Source: Eledone cirrhosa (lineage: Eukaryota). From it: a DNA stretch of 64,000 bases. The notes beneath the pieces were generated by a model that was given only the letters and a program-made list of their open reading frames with translations, searched no databases and was not told the origin of the DNA. Each line of letters opens with the position of its first letter. The stretch's first letter is position 1. The translations under genes and the position numbers were made by a program. The stretch covers positions 23,188,001 through 23,252,000 of the forward strand of contig OZ024748.1 of assembly GCA_964016885.1 (NCBI GenBank), read 5' to 3'. Positions 37,707 through 49,739 of this stretch are shown here, one piece after another.

Positions 37707-39489
37707 AGAAATTAAGAAGCAAAATTAAACCTTATCTCATGTTATAGAGTCATGTTTATAATCACCTTGTCTGTTTGCCAGTCTTCCAAATCGTTTCCTC
37801 CTTCTCTTTCTGTATCAACAGTTTGACATAACTCTGCACTACAAGAAGTTTCAAGACGAAAACATGTCTTAATCATCTGGTGCATTATAGAAAAGAGAAA
37901 CAAGATGGAGAATGGCCGAATGTTCGTAAATCGAAACTATTTCTCCCATACGAAATTTTGAGAGAGAAATACAGTGAGACAAATATAGATATCATCATAG
38001 TAACTAACTACACAGCAAGTGACGTTTTCCCTCCGATACTCCTAGCTTGTCGCCAACCATTGTTGCTGACTTGCGTGTTCGTTACACGAGACACCGTTCG
38101 TCAACCCAGACGTTTTATGTTCGGAAAAATTGCTCATGACCCGATTTGTTCGTGATGAACTGACGTTCCACTGAATATATAAGACAAAGTTATTGTATGA
38201 TCGAAGCACTGATAAAAGAATATTTATCGGAGAAATGAATGGATCATATGAGTATTTTCTACGATGTATATAGAAACAAATGCAACGGCTTTGTCGTGGT
38301 ACATTTGGAGTTTGAAGGAGAAATATATTGTAAGGTCCAGCAAATGTAATACTAATGTCACCCGCAATATAAATAGTTCTGGGAAAGGCTTACTAGGTGT
38401 CGCGGAAGTGCTCACTATGCCCCCCACACAGACATACACAAACAAACACGCACACAGACAGACAGACAGACACACACATAAAGACACACACGCACATACA
38501 CACACACGCTGGATTTGGAAGCTCACGCTGGGAAAGACCTCGTACTCTTTGGTTTGGTCCAGAGTTAGAGAGGTACCACCAGACATAGGGGGCATCTGAC
38601 ATTTGCAACCTCAGTCTAGGTGAGACACTCGAGATACTCAGTGGTGGAATACATTTGATCAATCGTAGGACAGATTTCTTTGTAGACATGTAGACACTTT
38701 AGGACGGGGACTTTAGGATAGCAACTTTAGGATAGCAACCCAACCGCACTGAGACACTAAGCCCGCCCATTCGACCTACCTCTCTCCTCTCCTCCCTTCT
38801 TGCCTCGACTAGCATTTAAAACACCACAAAGCCGCAATTACTTAACGGCTAGGCCGTGCCTCACATTGCTGTAGTTCACCCTTCCTTCTCACCCCCTTAG
38901 TTCTAGCCCAAGTTAACGGTCACTAGTTAATTAGCGAGATAATATACGTTGGCAGGGTCCTACAGTGGAGATCTCAATGCACCCCACATTTCCGACTACC
39001 GGGCTTCACCACCCACCTCCGAGAAGTGATCTGGTTCTCCGAAGGACCAACTACCTCAAACCTAACCCCTTTCGCACACAAAAGCCCGTACTAATGGTGA
39101 TAAGTAATTACGAGGCACCTATTATTTCTCTTCCCACCCCCTCCAAAGCGTACACGTGTGTCTGAGTGTGTGTGTGTGTACGTATACACGTTTGTGTGTG
39201 TGTGTGTATATTTTTGTGTGAGTGCGTGTATAGATGTCTGCGCAGATATGTTTAAATATAGTTGTATGTGAATGTATTGATGTGGGTGTGTGTGTGTGTG
39301 TGTGCGGGCATGTATAGTTGTGCATGTACGGGGTGAGGATACGTGGATGTCTGTTTGTGGGTATGTACTACATGTTTAAAATATCGATTATAATGTTTAA
39401 CAATTTTTAACACTTAGAAATTCTAGGTATAACTCTAACATCTACTACCACCAGTTGTAGCCATATCGAGTTACACGCTAGAATACTGC

Positions 39490-39716
39490 CACGCGGAGCT
39501 GGCCAGCTGCAGGTGCGAGCCCCGCGAGTTGGAGTGGCTCTTTCAGCGCGTCTCCCTCGCCGTCCTCCGGGGAAATGCCTTCTCCATTCTGTCCGCCGGG
39601 GCTGTGGGTGGGCCCCATCGCGTACCGTTGTAGTTGTTGTAGAAGAAACGGGTTCCATTCCTGGGGACAGAGAACGGTAAAGTTAATACAACAGTGGAAG
39701 CAAAAAAAAAAAAAAA
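39490..39716 (+). mobile_element. 3' end of a CRE-clade (restriction-like endonuclease) non-LTR retrotransposon, 5'-truncated
   Basis: GC-rich island reading ELASCRCEPRELEWLFQRVSLAVLRGNAFSILSAG..* (TAG 39631-33), matching the RLE C-terminal QR(L/V)SxAxxRGNA motif; poly(A) at 39702-39716. Confidence 0.75.
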
Positions 39717-39835
39717 GAGAAAGATGGCCGCTGACCTGCTTTCACAACTGCCACCATATTAACATAGGTCAACTGGACCGAAAGACCCCTACTTGCAGAT
39801 ATGAAATAGAAAAAGCGTTACACTAGTTATTCTCA

Positions 39836-40023
39836 CGGTCGATTGCCGGTATCGGTAGAGGGTCGGACGCCATGTTTTCCAGCATAGAGTTACGTCCTTT
39901 TACGGTCTGAGTTCAAATCGCGCCGAGCTTAACTTTGCCTTTCTTCCTTACGGGGTCGATAAAATAAAGTACCAGTAATGCACTGGGATAATTGCTGGCC
40001 TTGTGCCAAACATAGAAAGAGTT
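39836..40023 (+). mobile_element. tRNA-derived SINE
   Basis: Collinear with 8834-9023. Confidence 0.85.
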
Positions 40024-40371
40024 ATGCTACCACAGTCATCCATGTATTGTTTGAGATCTTTTTCAGTCTGATAGATACGGAAGAGCCGTACTCCCACTGT
40101 CATCGCATATATCTCTCTAGCCCTCCACTATGACTGATTGTTAAAATCAACTATGGCAGGCTGACCTGCTTCAAGGACAATTGACCTATCACGATGGTAT
40201 CTGACCAATGAGAAGAAAGTATACCCTTCCGATGCCAGAGTTCGTTTATTTTAATATGCCGACAGGTCTTTGGATTAACAACACCACTTTCCGGATCCTG
40301 GCATATCAACGAATTAACAAGATAAACTCTATTCCACCATTACGTTTCCCTGTTTTTCTGTTCAAGTTCAG

Positions 40372-40430
40372 GCTGCCTGATGAGGTCATAACTGTTGAAT
40401 TATGGTTATCACCGAAATATATATTGCAGC
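40372..40430 (+). ncRNA. Type I hammerhead ribozyme
   Basis: Stem I GCTGC/GCAGC; CTGATGA 40377-83; stem II GGTCATAACT/GGTTATCACC; GAAA 40414-17; stem III TATATA; AUU triplet ending 40425; followed by AATAAA and (AT)n. Confidence 0.8.
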
Positions 40431-40478
40431 GAATATGAATAAACGAAGTTAAATTTAATCTGTTGACTTACACTTATG

Positions 40479-40574
<96 letters not shown>

Positions 40575-40615
40575 GTATGTATCTGTATATATATATATGT
40601 ATGCCTGTATATATG

Positions 40616-40675
<60 letters not shown>

Positions 40676-40687
40676 TGTCTATATTGT

Positions 40688-40751
40688 ATTTTGTCTGAAG
40701 AAGGCATAACATATTGTTAATATGATATCCCTGAAATATATATAATGAAAT
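40688..40751 (+). ncRNA. Type I hammerhead ribozyme
   Basis: Stem I ATTTTGT/ATGAAAT (2 GU); CTGAAGA 40695-701; 14-bp stem II AGGCATAACATATT/AATATGATATCCCT (2 mismatches); GAAA 40733-36; TATATA; AUA triplet ending 40744. Confidence 0.7.
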
Positions 40752-41040
40752 AAATATGGTTTTATAAATATAGTTTCCATTTATTTAATATCGTAAATAT
40801 ACTCCAAATATTTGTTGAGTGCTTTTATATCAGTTATAAATATTTACTAGTTGTAACCCAACAATTTAAATATAACTTTCCATATATATATATATATATT
40901 TAAAAGTTAAACAAGGTTCAATGAATAAATCAAAGAATGAGTTTTACAATAGATTGGAAGCACTCAATAGAAATGGTTTTCCAGAGTTATTAATATTAAT
41001 TCAAAATATTAACAAAATAGATATTCTTGTGATCAAGTAT

Positions 41041-41105
41041 ATTTTATTATACATATTTCAGAGGTACTGAGTTAACTTCAACAGTACGTCCTCATCAGAT
41101 AAAAT
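41041..41105 (-). ncRNA. Type I hammerhead ribozyme
   Basis: Minus strand: ATTTTAT-CTGATGA-GGACGTACTG..CAGTACCTCT-GAAA-TATGTA-TA-ATAAAAT; perfect 7-bp stem I. Confidence 0.8.
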
Positions 41106-41460
41106 AAGATGATGCATGACATACCCTGACATAGTAGATGGTTAAGATTCAGTCATATATACCTAACATAATACAATAATACAATATAATAAATAAGTTA
41201 CTGAAAATATTGTTAAAAATTAATGTTTTATATCAATTATTGTAAAAGGATCATTTAGTTGATATATACTATAAATATATAAGTCAAAACTACACGAGTC
41301 CTAAGGATAAGGGCTAGATACAAAATAAGAATAACAAGTGAAAAATAATGAATTGTTTGCGAAACATAAAAATGACCAATATTAAAAATATAGTTTAAAA
41401 TGTAAGAGGGTTTTAATATATAGTACACAAAAGATACTTCTAAAATATTTTAGAAGTATC

Positions 41461-42069
41461 ATGTCAGGTCACCAGTTGGTGCAACTGGTAACATGTATTC
41501 CAGTACAACCTGTCCCATCGTAGGGTCGTTGGCGACTAAACTGGCGACCCCACCAAGGTTTCTTGGTGAGGAAGGTGACTTTGGACATCCTGCAGGACTA
41601 AAAACAAAACACGTCAAAGGGCAAAGGAGCTCTTAAGAGTCAATGGCCATCCAAAATCACCGGGAGAGATGACCCCTTAGCCTTTGTCAAGGCAGAATTC
41701 TAGGAGAAGGAAAACTCTGATATAACACCTGCAACCCTGATGGTATCCAATGATGTTGACTTGTTCTTCTTTTTGGTAAATATCATCTTGGTTAAGAGAG
41801 TGGGACTGGCTTTGTGCAGTGCCTTTGCTCACTATAAAAGCTTCACGGCACAGGCATTGCTTTATATCTGGAGATCTCTCTGCACTTGTCGTCACATGGT
41901 ACCATGGGCCCAGCACTATATGTCAATAATTGTCACAAGTGTAGTGTTTGTACCAGAGTTTTCAAGTCGCTGGCTGGACTAAAAAGTCACACTTGTTCAG
42001 CGCATCGGTAGGAGTTCTCCTACATGGATATAAAGTAGTCGTCGTACTCGAAAACGAGTTGGCAGCCAC
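41461..42069 (-). mobile_element. RTE-like 5' UTR, copy 3 (inverted)
   Basis: Reverse complement of 1-600 and 931-1357; ends at the same GTGACCTGAC point as copy 1; 5' end abuts (AT)n. Confidence 0.65.
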
Positions 42070-42078
42070 CATGTATAC

Positions 42079-42115
<37 letters not shown>

Positions 42116-42280
42116 GATAAATCTACCAAAATATACAACTCAATGTAATTCGAATATCATGAAAAGAGAAGATGTATTCAACAATTTTTTTTCCGATGAA
42201 AAATACAGGAAAACAGTCAAGATAAATTAATAAAAATAATGAATAAAAACAAAGAAACAGTTCCTTATATTAAAAAATTC

Positions 42281-42414
42281 ATCATTTTACGATCGTTTCT
42301 AGGATATATATGTTTGTGTTGGTATGTATATCATATAGATCTATGTAAAATTTTTACAAACTATCAGAGGGATTATACATACCTACACATATATATGCTG
42401 TCTTCAGAAATAAT
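42281..42414 (-). ncRNA. Type I hammerhead ribozyme with long stem II
   Basis: Minus strand: ATTATTT-CTGAAGA-CAGCATATATATG..(~75 nt)..CATATATATCCTA-GAAA-CGATCG-TA-AAATGAT. Confidence 0.7.
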
Positions 42415-42423
42415 ATAAAAATC

Positions 42424-42530
42424 ACAGATTAAAGTTTAAGCAAAGAATCGCTGCTTTCACCCTTAACGGGATCTTCTGAAGATCCCGTTAAGGGTGAAAG
42501 CAGCGATTCTTTGCTTAAACTTTAATCTGT
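42424..42530. repeat. Perfect 53-bp-arm palindrome whose axis (42477) lies in a CTGAAGA hammerhead-like core
   Basis: ACAGATT..GGGATCTTC-T-GAAGATCCC..AATCTGT; right arm reads CTGAAGA-TCCCGTTAAGGGT-GAAA. Confidence 0.9.
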
Positions 42531-42909
42531 TATTTTAATAAATATTTGCTCTACGGTTCTTATATATCTGATATATATTTATCCTTATCGAGCCCTCTTT
42601 GGATTTTAGTCTTCAAATTTATTATTATTACTATATATACATATGTATGTGTGTGTGCGTGAATGTATGCGTGTGCCTGTTTGTGTATGTGTGTGTGTGT
42701 GCGTGCGCGTTTGTGTGTCTGTATGCGTGTGTACATTTCTGGTACTTTCATGGGGAGCAGGCCTGAAGAATTAGTGCCGTCACATTATTGTTGTTGTACT
42801 TGTTGTTACAGTATAATGTTGTTGTTGTTACAGCATAGTGTTGTTGTTGTTTCAGGTAATTTTCTATGACGTCTGCAATGCGTCAAAATCTCTGCTGTAG
42901 GGTAACATC

Positions 42910-44040
42910 TGGTGGTGGGGATAGTGTGGTGGTGGTGGTGATGTGGTAATGTGGTGGTGGTGGGGATAGTGTGATGGTGGTGGTGGTGATGTGGTGGTGG
43001 TGGTGGTGGTGGGGATAGTGTGATGGTGTTGGTGGGGATAGTGTGGTGGTGGTGGTAGTGGTGGTGGTGGTGGTGGGGGGGGGGTAGTGTGATGGTGGTG
43101 GTGGTTGTGGTGAGTATATGGTGGTGGGGATAGTGTGATGGTGGTGGGGGTGATAATGTGGTGGTGGTGGGGATAGTGTGATGGTGATGGTGGTGATAAT
43201 GTGGTGGTGGTGGGGATAGTGTGATGGGGGTGGGGGTGATAATGTGGTGGTGGTGGGGATAGTGTGATGGGGGTGGTGGTGAGTATATGGTGGTGGTGGG
43301 GATAGTATGATGGTGGTGGTGGTGATAATGTGGTGGTGGTGGTGGGGATAGTGTGATGGCGATGGTGGTGATAATGTGGTGGTGGTGGGGATAGTGTGAT
43401 GGGGGTGGTGGTGAGTATATGGTGGTGGTGGGGATAGTATGATGGTGGTGGTGGTGATAATGTGGTGGTGGTGGTGGGGATAGTGTGATGGCGATGGTGG
43501 TGATAATGTGGTGGTGGTGGTGGTGATAATGTGGTGGTGGTGGTGGGGATAGTGTGATGGTGATGGTGGTGATAATGTGGTGGTGGTGGGGATAGTGTGA
43601 TGGGGGTGGTGGTGAGTATATGGTGGTGGTGGGGATAGTATGATGGTGGTGGTGGTGATAATGTGGTGGTGGTGGTGGGGATAGTGTGATGGCGATGGTG
43701 GTGATAATGTGGTGGTGGTGGTGGTGATAATGTGGTGGTGGTGGTGGGGATAGTGTGATGGCGATGGTGGTGATAATGTGGTGGTGGTGGTGGTGATAAT
43801 GTGGTGGTGGTGGTGGTGGTGATAATGTGGTGGTGGTGGTGGGGATAGTGTGATCGTGATGGTGGTGATAATGTGGTGGTGGTGGGGATAGTGTAATGGG
43901 GGTGGTGGTGAGGATATGGTGGCGGTGGGGATAGTGTGATGGGGGTGGTGATGGTGGTGGTGAGGATATGGTGATGGTGATGGTTGAGATAGTGTGATGT
44001 TGTTGTTGTTGTTATTGGTGGTGATGGTGGTGGTGGTGTT
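42910..44040. repeat. GGT-rich minisatellite (GGTGGTGGGGATAGTGTGAT / GGTGATAATGT modules)
   Basis: Direct reading. Confidence 0.9.
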
Positions 44041-44159
44041 AATGATGATGATAGTGATGGGATGATGATGATGGTGGTGGTGGTGGTGGCGTTTGTGTCA
44101 ATGGCTGTAGTTGTGGAATGATGTAAAGAAGAGATTCATAGCCAGGGTCAAGACGAGGT

Positions 44160-45460
44160 TGGTGATGGTGATGGTGATGATGATGGTGATGGTGGTGATG
44201 GTGATGGTGATGATGATGGTGATGGTGATGGTGATGGTGATGGTGATGATAGTGGTGATGGTGATGGTGATGGTGATGGTGATGGTGATGGTGATGATGG
44301 TGGTGATGGTGATGGTGATGGTGATGGTGATGGTGATGGTGATGGTGATGGTGATGGTGATGGTGATGGTGATGGTGATGCTGATGATGGTGATGATGAT
44401 GGTGATGGTGATGGTGATGATGGTGATGGTGATGATGATGGTGATGGTGATGGTGATGGTGATGGTGATGATGATGGTGATGGTGATGATGATGGTGATG
44501 GTGATGGTGATGGTGATGGTGATGGTGATGATGGTGATGGTGATGATGATGGTGATGGTGATGGTGATGGTGATGGTGATGGTGATTATGGTGATGATGA
44601 TGGTGATGGTGATGGTGATGGTGATGGTGATGGTGATGATGATGGTGATGGTGATGATGGTGATGGTAATGATGATGGTGATGATGGTGATGTGATGGTG
44701 GTGATGGTGATGGTGATGTGATGGTGATGATAGTGATGGTGATGATGATGGTGATGATGGTGATTGTGATGGTGATGGTGATGATGATGGTGATGATGAT
44801 GATGGTGATGATGGTGATGGTGATGATGATGGTGATGATGATGGTGATGATGATGGTGATGATGATGATGGTGATGATGGTGATGGTGATGATGATGGTG
44901 ATGGTGATGGTGATGGTGATAATGATGGTGATGATGATGGTGATGCTGATGATGGTGATGATGGTGGTGATGGTGATGGTGATGGTGATGGTGATGGTGA
45001 TGATGATGGTGATGGTGATGGTGATGGTGATGGTGATGATGATGGTGATGATGGTGATGGTGATGATGGTGATGGTGATGATGGTGATGATGGTGATGAT
45101 GATGGTGATAGTGATGGTGATGGTGATGATGGTGATGGTGATGCTGATGGTGATGGTGATGGTGATGGTGATGATGGTGATGGTGATGGTGATGGTGATG
45201 GTGATGGTGATGGTGATGGTGGTGATGGTGATGGTGATGGTGATGGTGATGGTGATGGTGATGATGATGGTGATGATGGTGATGGTGGTGATGATGATGG
45301 TGATGATGTTGATGGTGATGATGATGGTGATGGTGATGGTGATGGTGATGGTGATGATGATGATGATGATGGTGATCATGAAGACGAAGAAGAAGAAGAA
45401 GAAGAAGAAGAAGAAGAAGAAGAAGAAGAAGAAGAAGAAGAAGAAGAAGAAGAAGAAGAA
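44160..45460. repeat. (GGTGAT/GAT)n array followed by (GAA)n (45388-45460)
   Basis: Direct reading. Confidence 0.95.
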
Positions 45461-45579
45461 GGTAATAGACAGCGCTAGAGAACAGATGGCAAAACAGAGT
45501 GTGCAATCACGCATGCGCGATGTATAAATCACACCTTTAGTTTTCTCATAAATGTCGTTCTTCTGAACAGATCCTAATT

Positions 45580-45670
45580 GTCTGTGTGTATGTATATTAG
45601 CTTGTGTGTGGGTCTGTGTGCGTTTGTGTGTGTGTCTATTAGCCTGTGTCTGTGTGTGTCTGTGTGTGCC

Positions 45671-45701
<31 letters not shown>

Positions 45702-45902
45702 ATGCATGTATGTATATATATATATATACCCACACACATATATATAGATAAATGAATAAATAAATACACACACGCACAGACATATATTATTACACACACA
45801 CGTACACACACACATACACATACACACACACACTCACAGAGATGTATATATATATATAAATATATATATATACACACACACATAAATATATATATATGTG
45901 TA

Positions 45903-45938
<36 letters not shown>

Positions 45939-45944
45939 CATATG

Positions 45945-45976
<32 letters not shown>

Positions 45977-47875
45977 CATATACATATGTATATATATACA
46001 TATGTATATATATATATACACAGGTGTGTGTATCAATACACGTCTGCTTGTCTGCATGTGTTTATGTATGTATGTATGTATGAATGTATATATGAATGTA
46101 TGTATGTATGAATGTATATATGAATGTATGTATGTATGTATGCATGTATGTATGAATGTATGTATGAATGTATATATGAATGTATGTATGTATGAATGTA
46201 TATATGACTGTATGTATGTATGTATGCATGTATGTATGAATGTATGTATGAATGTATATATGAATGTATGTATGTATGAATGTATATATGAATGTATGTA
46301 TGTATGAATGTCTATATGAATGTATGTATGTATGAATGTATATATGAATGTATGTATGCGTCTATGCTTGTATATATATAAAAATGCGTGTATTCTTTCC
46401 ATATATATATATATATATACAAAAAACACACACATAAATATACGCACGAGTGTATGTTTGTGTGTATTTGTATTTGCATGTGTGCATAATTGCATGATTG
46501 TATGTGTGAGCTCGTGAGTGTATGTGTATGTGCGTGAGTGCATGCGTGAGTGTATGTGTATGTGTGTGTGTATGCGTGAATGCATGTGTGCGTGAGTGTA
46601 TGTGCGTGCGTGAATGTATGTGTGCGTGCGTGAATGTATGTGTGAGTGCGTGAATGCATGTGTATGTGGTTGCGTGAGCGTATGTGTATGTGCGTGAGTG
46701 AATGTGTATGTGCGTGAGTGTATGTATGTGTATATGTGCGTGAGTGTATGTATGTGTATGTGTGCGTGAGTGTATGTATATGTATGTGTGCGAGTGTATG
46801 TATATGTATGTGTGCGAGTGTATGTATGTGTATGTGTGCGTGAATGTATGTACATGTATGTGTGCGAGTGTATGTATATGTATGAGTGCGTGAGTGTATG
46901 TATGTGTATGTATGCGAGTCTATGTATGTGTATGTGTGCGTGAATGTATGTATGTGTATGTGTGCGAGTGTATGTATGTGTGCGTGAATGTATGTATGTG
47001 TATGTGTGCGAGTGTATGTATATGTATGTGTGCGTGAGTGTATGTATGTGTATGTGTGCGTGAGTGTATGTATGTGTATATGTGCGTGCGTGTATGTATA
47101 TGTATGTGTGCGAGTGTATGTATGTGTATGTGTGCGTGAGTGTATGTATATGTATGTGTGCGAGTGTATGTATATGTATGAGTGCGTGAGTGTATGTATA
47201 TGTATGTGTGCGAGTGTATGTATGTGTATGTGTGCGTGAGTGTATGTATATGTATGTGTGCGAGTGTATGTATATGTATGAGTGCGTGAGTGTATGTATG
47301 TGTATGTGTGCGAGTGTATGTATATGTATGTGTGCGTGAGTGTATGTATATGTATGTGTGCGAGTGTATGTATGTGTATGTGTGCGTGAATGTATGTATA
47401 TGTATGTGTGCGAGTGTATGTATATGTATGAGTGCGTGAGTGTATGTATGTGTATGTATGCGAGTCTATGTATGTGTATGTGTGCGTGAATGTATGTATG
47501 TGTATGTGTGCGAGTGTATGTATGTGTGCGTGAATGTATGTATGTGTATGTGTGCGAGTGTATGTATGTGTGCGTGAATGTATGTATGTGTATGTGTGCG
47601 AGTGTATGTATATTTATGTGTGGGTGAGTGTATGTATGTGTATGTATGCGAGTCTATGTATGTGTATGTGTGCGTGAATGTATGTATGTGTATGTGTGCG
47701 AGTGTATGTATATGTATGTGTGCGAGTGTATGTATGTGTATGTGTGCGAATGTATGTATATGTATGTGTGCGAGTGTATGTATATGTATGTGTGCGTGAA
47801 TGTATGTATGTGTATGTGTGCGAGTGTATGTATATGTATGTGTGCGTGAGTGTATGTATGTGTATGTGTGCGTGC
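45580..47875. repeat. Compound (TG)/(TA)/(TGTA)/(GTGCGAGTGTATGTAT) simple-repeat field
   Basis: Direct reading. Confidence 0.9.
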
Positions 47876-48167
47876 GCTCCATTATTCAGTTAGTTCTCGT
47901 GTTTGAAAATTTAGTTTTCCTTATTTAAATTTTCTAAATTTCTGTAAAATTTGCTGTAGGTTGTCATGGTGATTGTTGTGGGGGAGGTGTGGGGTGTGGG
48001 GTGTATGAACGCTGCTGGCGGTGTTGTGGAATTTTATTGTGGGAGGCATGCATTTCATGAGACATAATAACACTGCTAATGGTTGAGTGGGGGCGCGGGG
48101 AGGAGGTGATGACGGTAGTAATAGTAGGTTGTTATATAAAATAGTGGTGGGCGTGGGGCTGGGGTAG

Positions 48168-48572
48168 GTGTGGTGGTGGTGGTGGTGGTGGTGTTGGTGG
48201 TGGTGGTTGTGGTGGTGGTGTTGTTGTTGTTGTTGTTGGTGGTGGTGGTTATAGGGATGGTGGTGGTGGTGGTGGTGGTTGTGCTGGTGTTGGTGGTGGT
48301 TATAGTAGGGGTGGGGATGATGGTGGTGGTGGAGTTTGTGGTGGTTTTGGTGGCGGTGGTGGTGGTGGTGGTGGTGGTGTTGGTGGTGGTGGTTGTGGTG
48401 GTGGTGTTGTTGTTGTTGTTGTTGTTGTTGGTGGTGGTTATAGGGATGGTGGTGGTGGTGGTGGTGGTTGTGCTGGTGTTGGTGGTGGTTATAATAGGGG
48501 TGGGGGATGATGGTGGTGGTGGAGTTTGTGGTGGTTTTGGTGGCGGTGGTGGTGGTTGTGGTGGTGGTTGTG

Positions 48573-48605
<33 letters not shown>

Positions 48606-49660
48606 ATAGGGATGGTGGTGGTGGTGGTGGTGGTGGTGGTGGTTATAGTAGGGGTGGTGATGATGGTGGTGGTGGAGTTTGTGGTGGTTTTGGTGGCGGT
48701 GGTGGTGGTTATAGTAGGGGTGGTGGTGGTTGTGGTGGTGGTGGTTATAGTGGTGGTTGTGGTGGGGTTGGAGTATGTGTGGTGGGGCTGTACTAGTGGT
48801 GGTGGAGGTAGTTGTAATGTAGTGGTTATAGTGGTGGTGGTGGTAGTGGTGGAGTAGGTGTGGTGGCGGTAATAGTGGTGGTGGAGGTAGTTGTACTGTA
48901 GTGGTTATGGTGGTGGTGGTGGTGGTAATAGTGGTAGTGGAGGTAGTTGTAATGTAGTAGTTACGGTGGAGGTGGAGGTATTTATAATGTAGTGGTTATA
49001 GTGGTAGTGGTGGTGGTGGTGGTGGTGGTGGTGGTGGTGCTTGATGTACTGGTGGAGTGTTGTGAATGTAGTAATGTGATGATGATTGTGGTGGTCGTGG
49101 TGGCGGTGCTGGTGAAGTGTGGTGATTGTAGGGTGTTGGTGGTGGTGTAGTGTGGTGATTGTAGGGTATAGGTGGTGGTGTAGTGTGGTGATTGTAGGGT
49201 ATAGGTGGTGGTGTAGTGTGGTGATTGTAGGGTGGCGGTGCTGGTGAAGTGTGGTAATTGTAGGGTATAGGTGGTGGTGTAGTGTGGTGATTGTAGGGTA
49301 TAGGTGGTGGTGTAGTGTGGTGATTGTAGGGTGGCGGTGCTGGTGAAGTGTGGTAATTGTAGGGTATAGGTGGTGGTGTAGTGTGGTGATTGTAGGGTAT
49401 AGGTGGTGGTGAAGTGTGGTGATTGTAGGGTATAGGTGGTGGTGTAGTGTGGTGATTGTAGGGTGTTGGTGGTGGTGAAGTGTGGTGATTGTAGGGTATA
49501 GGTGGTGGTGTAGTGTGGTGATTGTAGGGTGTTGATGGTGGTGTAGTGTGGTGATAAAGGTGGTGGTGTAGTGTGGTGATTGTAGGGTGTTGGTGGTTGT
49601 GGTGTAGTGTGGTGATTGTAGAGTGGTGGTTGTGGTGTAGTGTGGTGATACACGTGGTGG
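48168..49660. repeat. GGT/GTT low-complexity region, then a 33-bp repeat (GGTGGTGGTGTAGTGTGGTGATTGTAGGGTATA) at ~49100-49640
   Basis: Direct reading. Confidence 0.9.
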
Positions 49661-49739
49661 TGTAGTGTTGTTGGTGGTTGTGGTGGCTGCGGTGTTAGTA
49701 GTGGTGATATTAGTAGTAGTGGTGGTGGTGGTTGTGTTG

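Noticed and set aside
44039-46855. His/Ile/Thr-rich 938-aa ORF and other YI/HT/CV ORFs
   Set aside because: Translations of microsatellites
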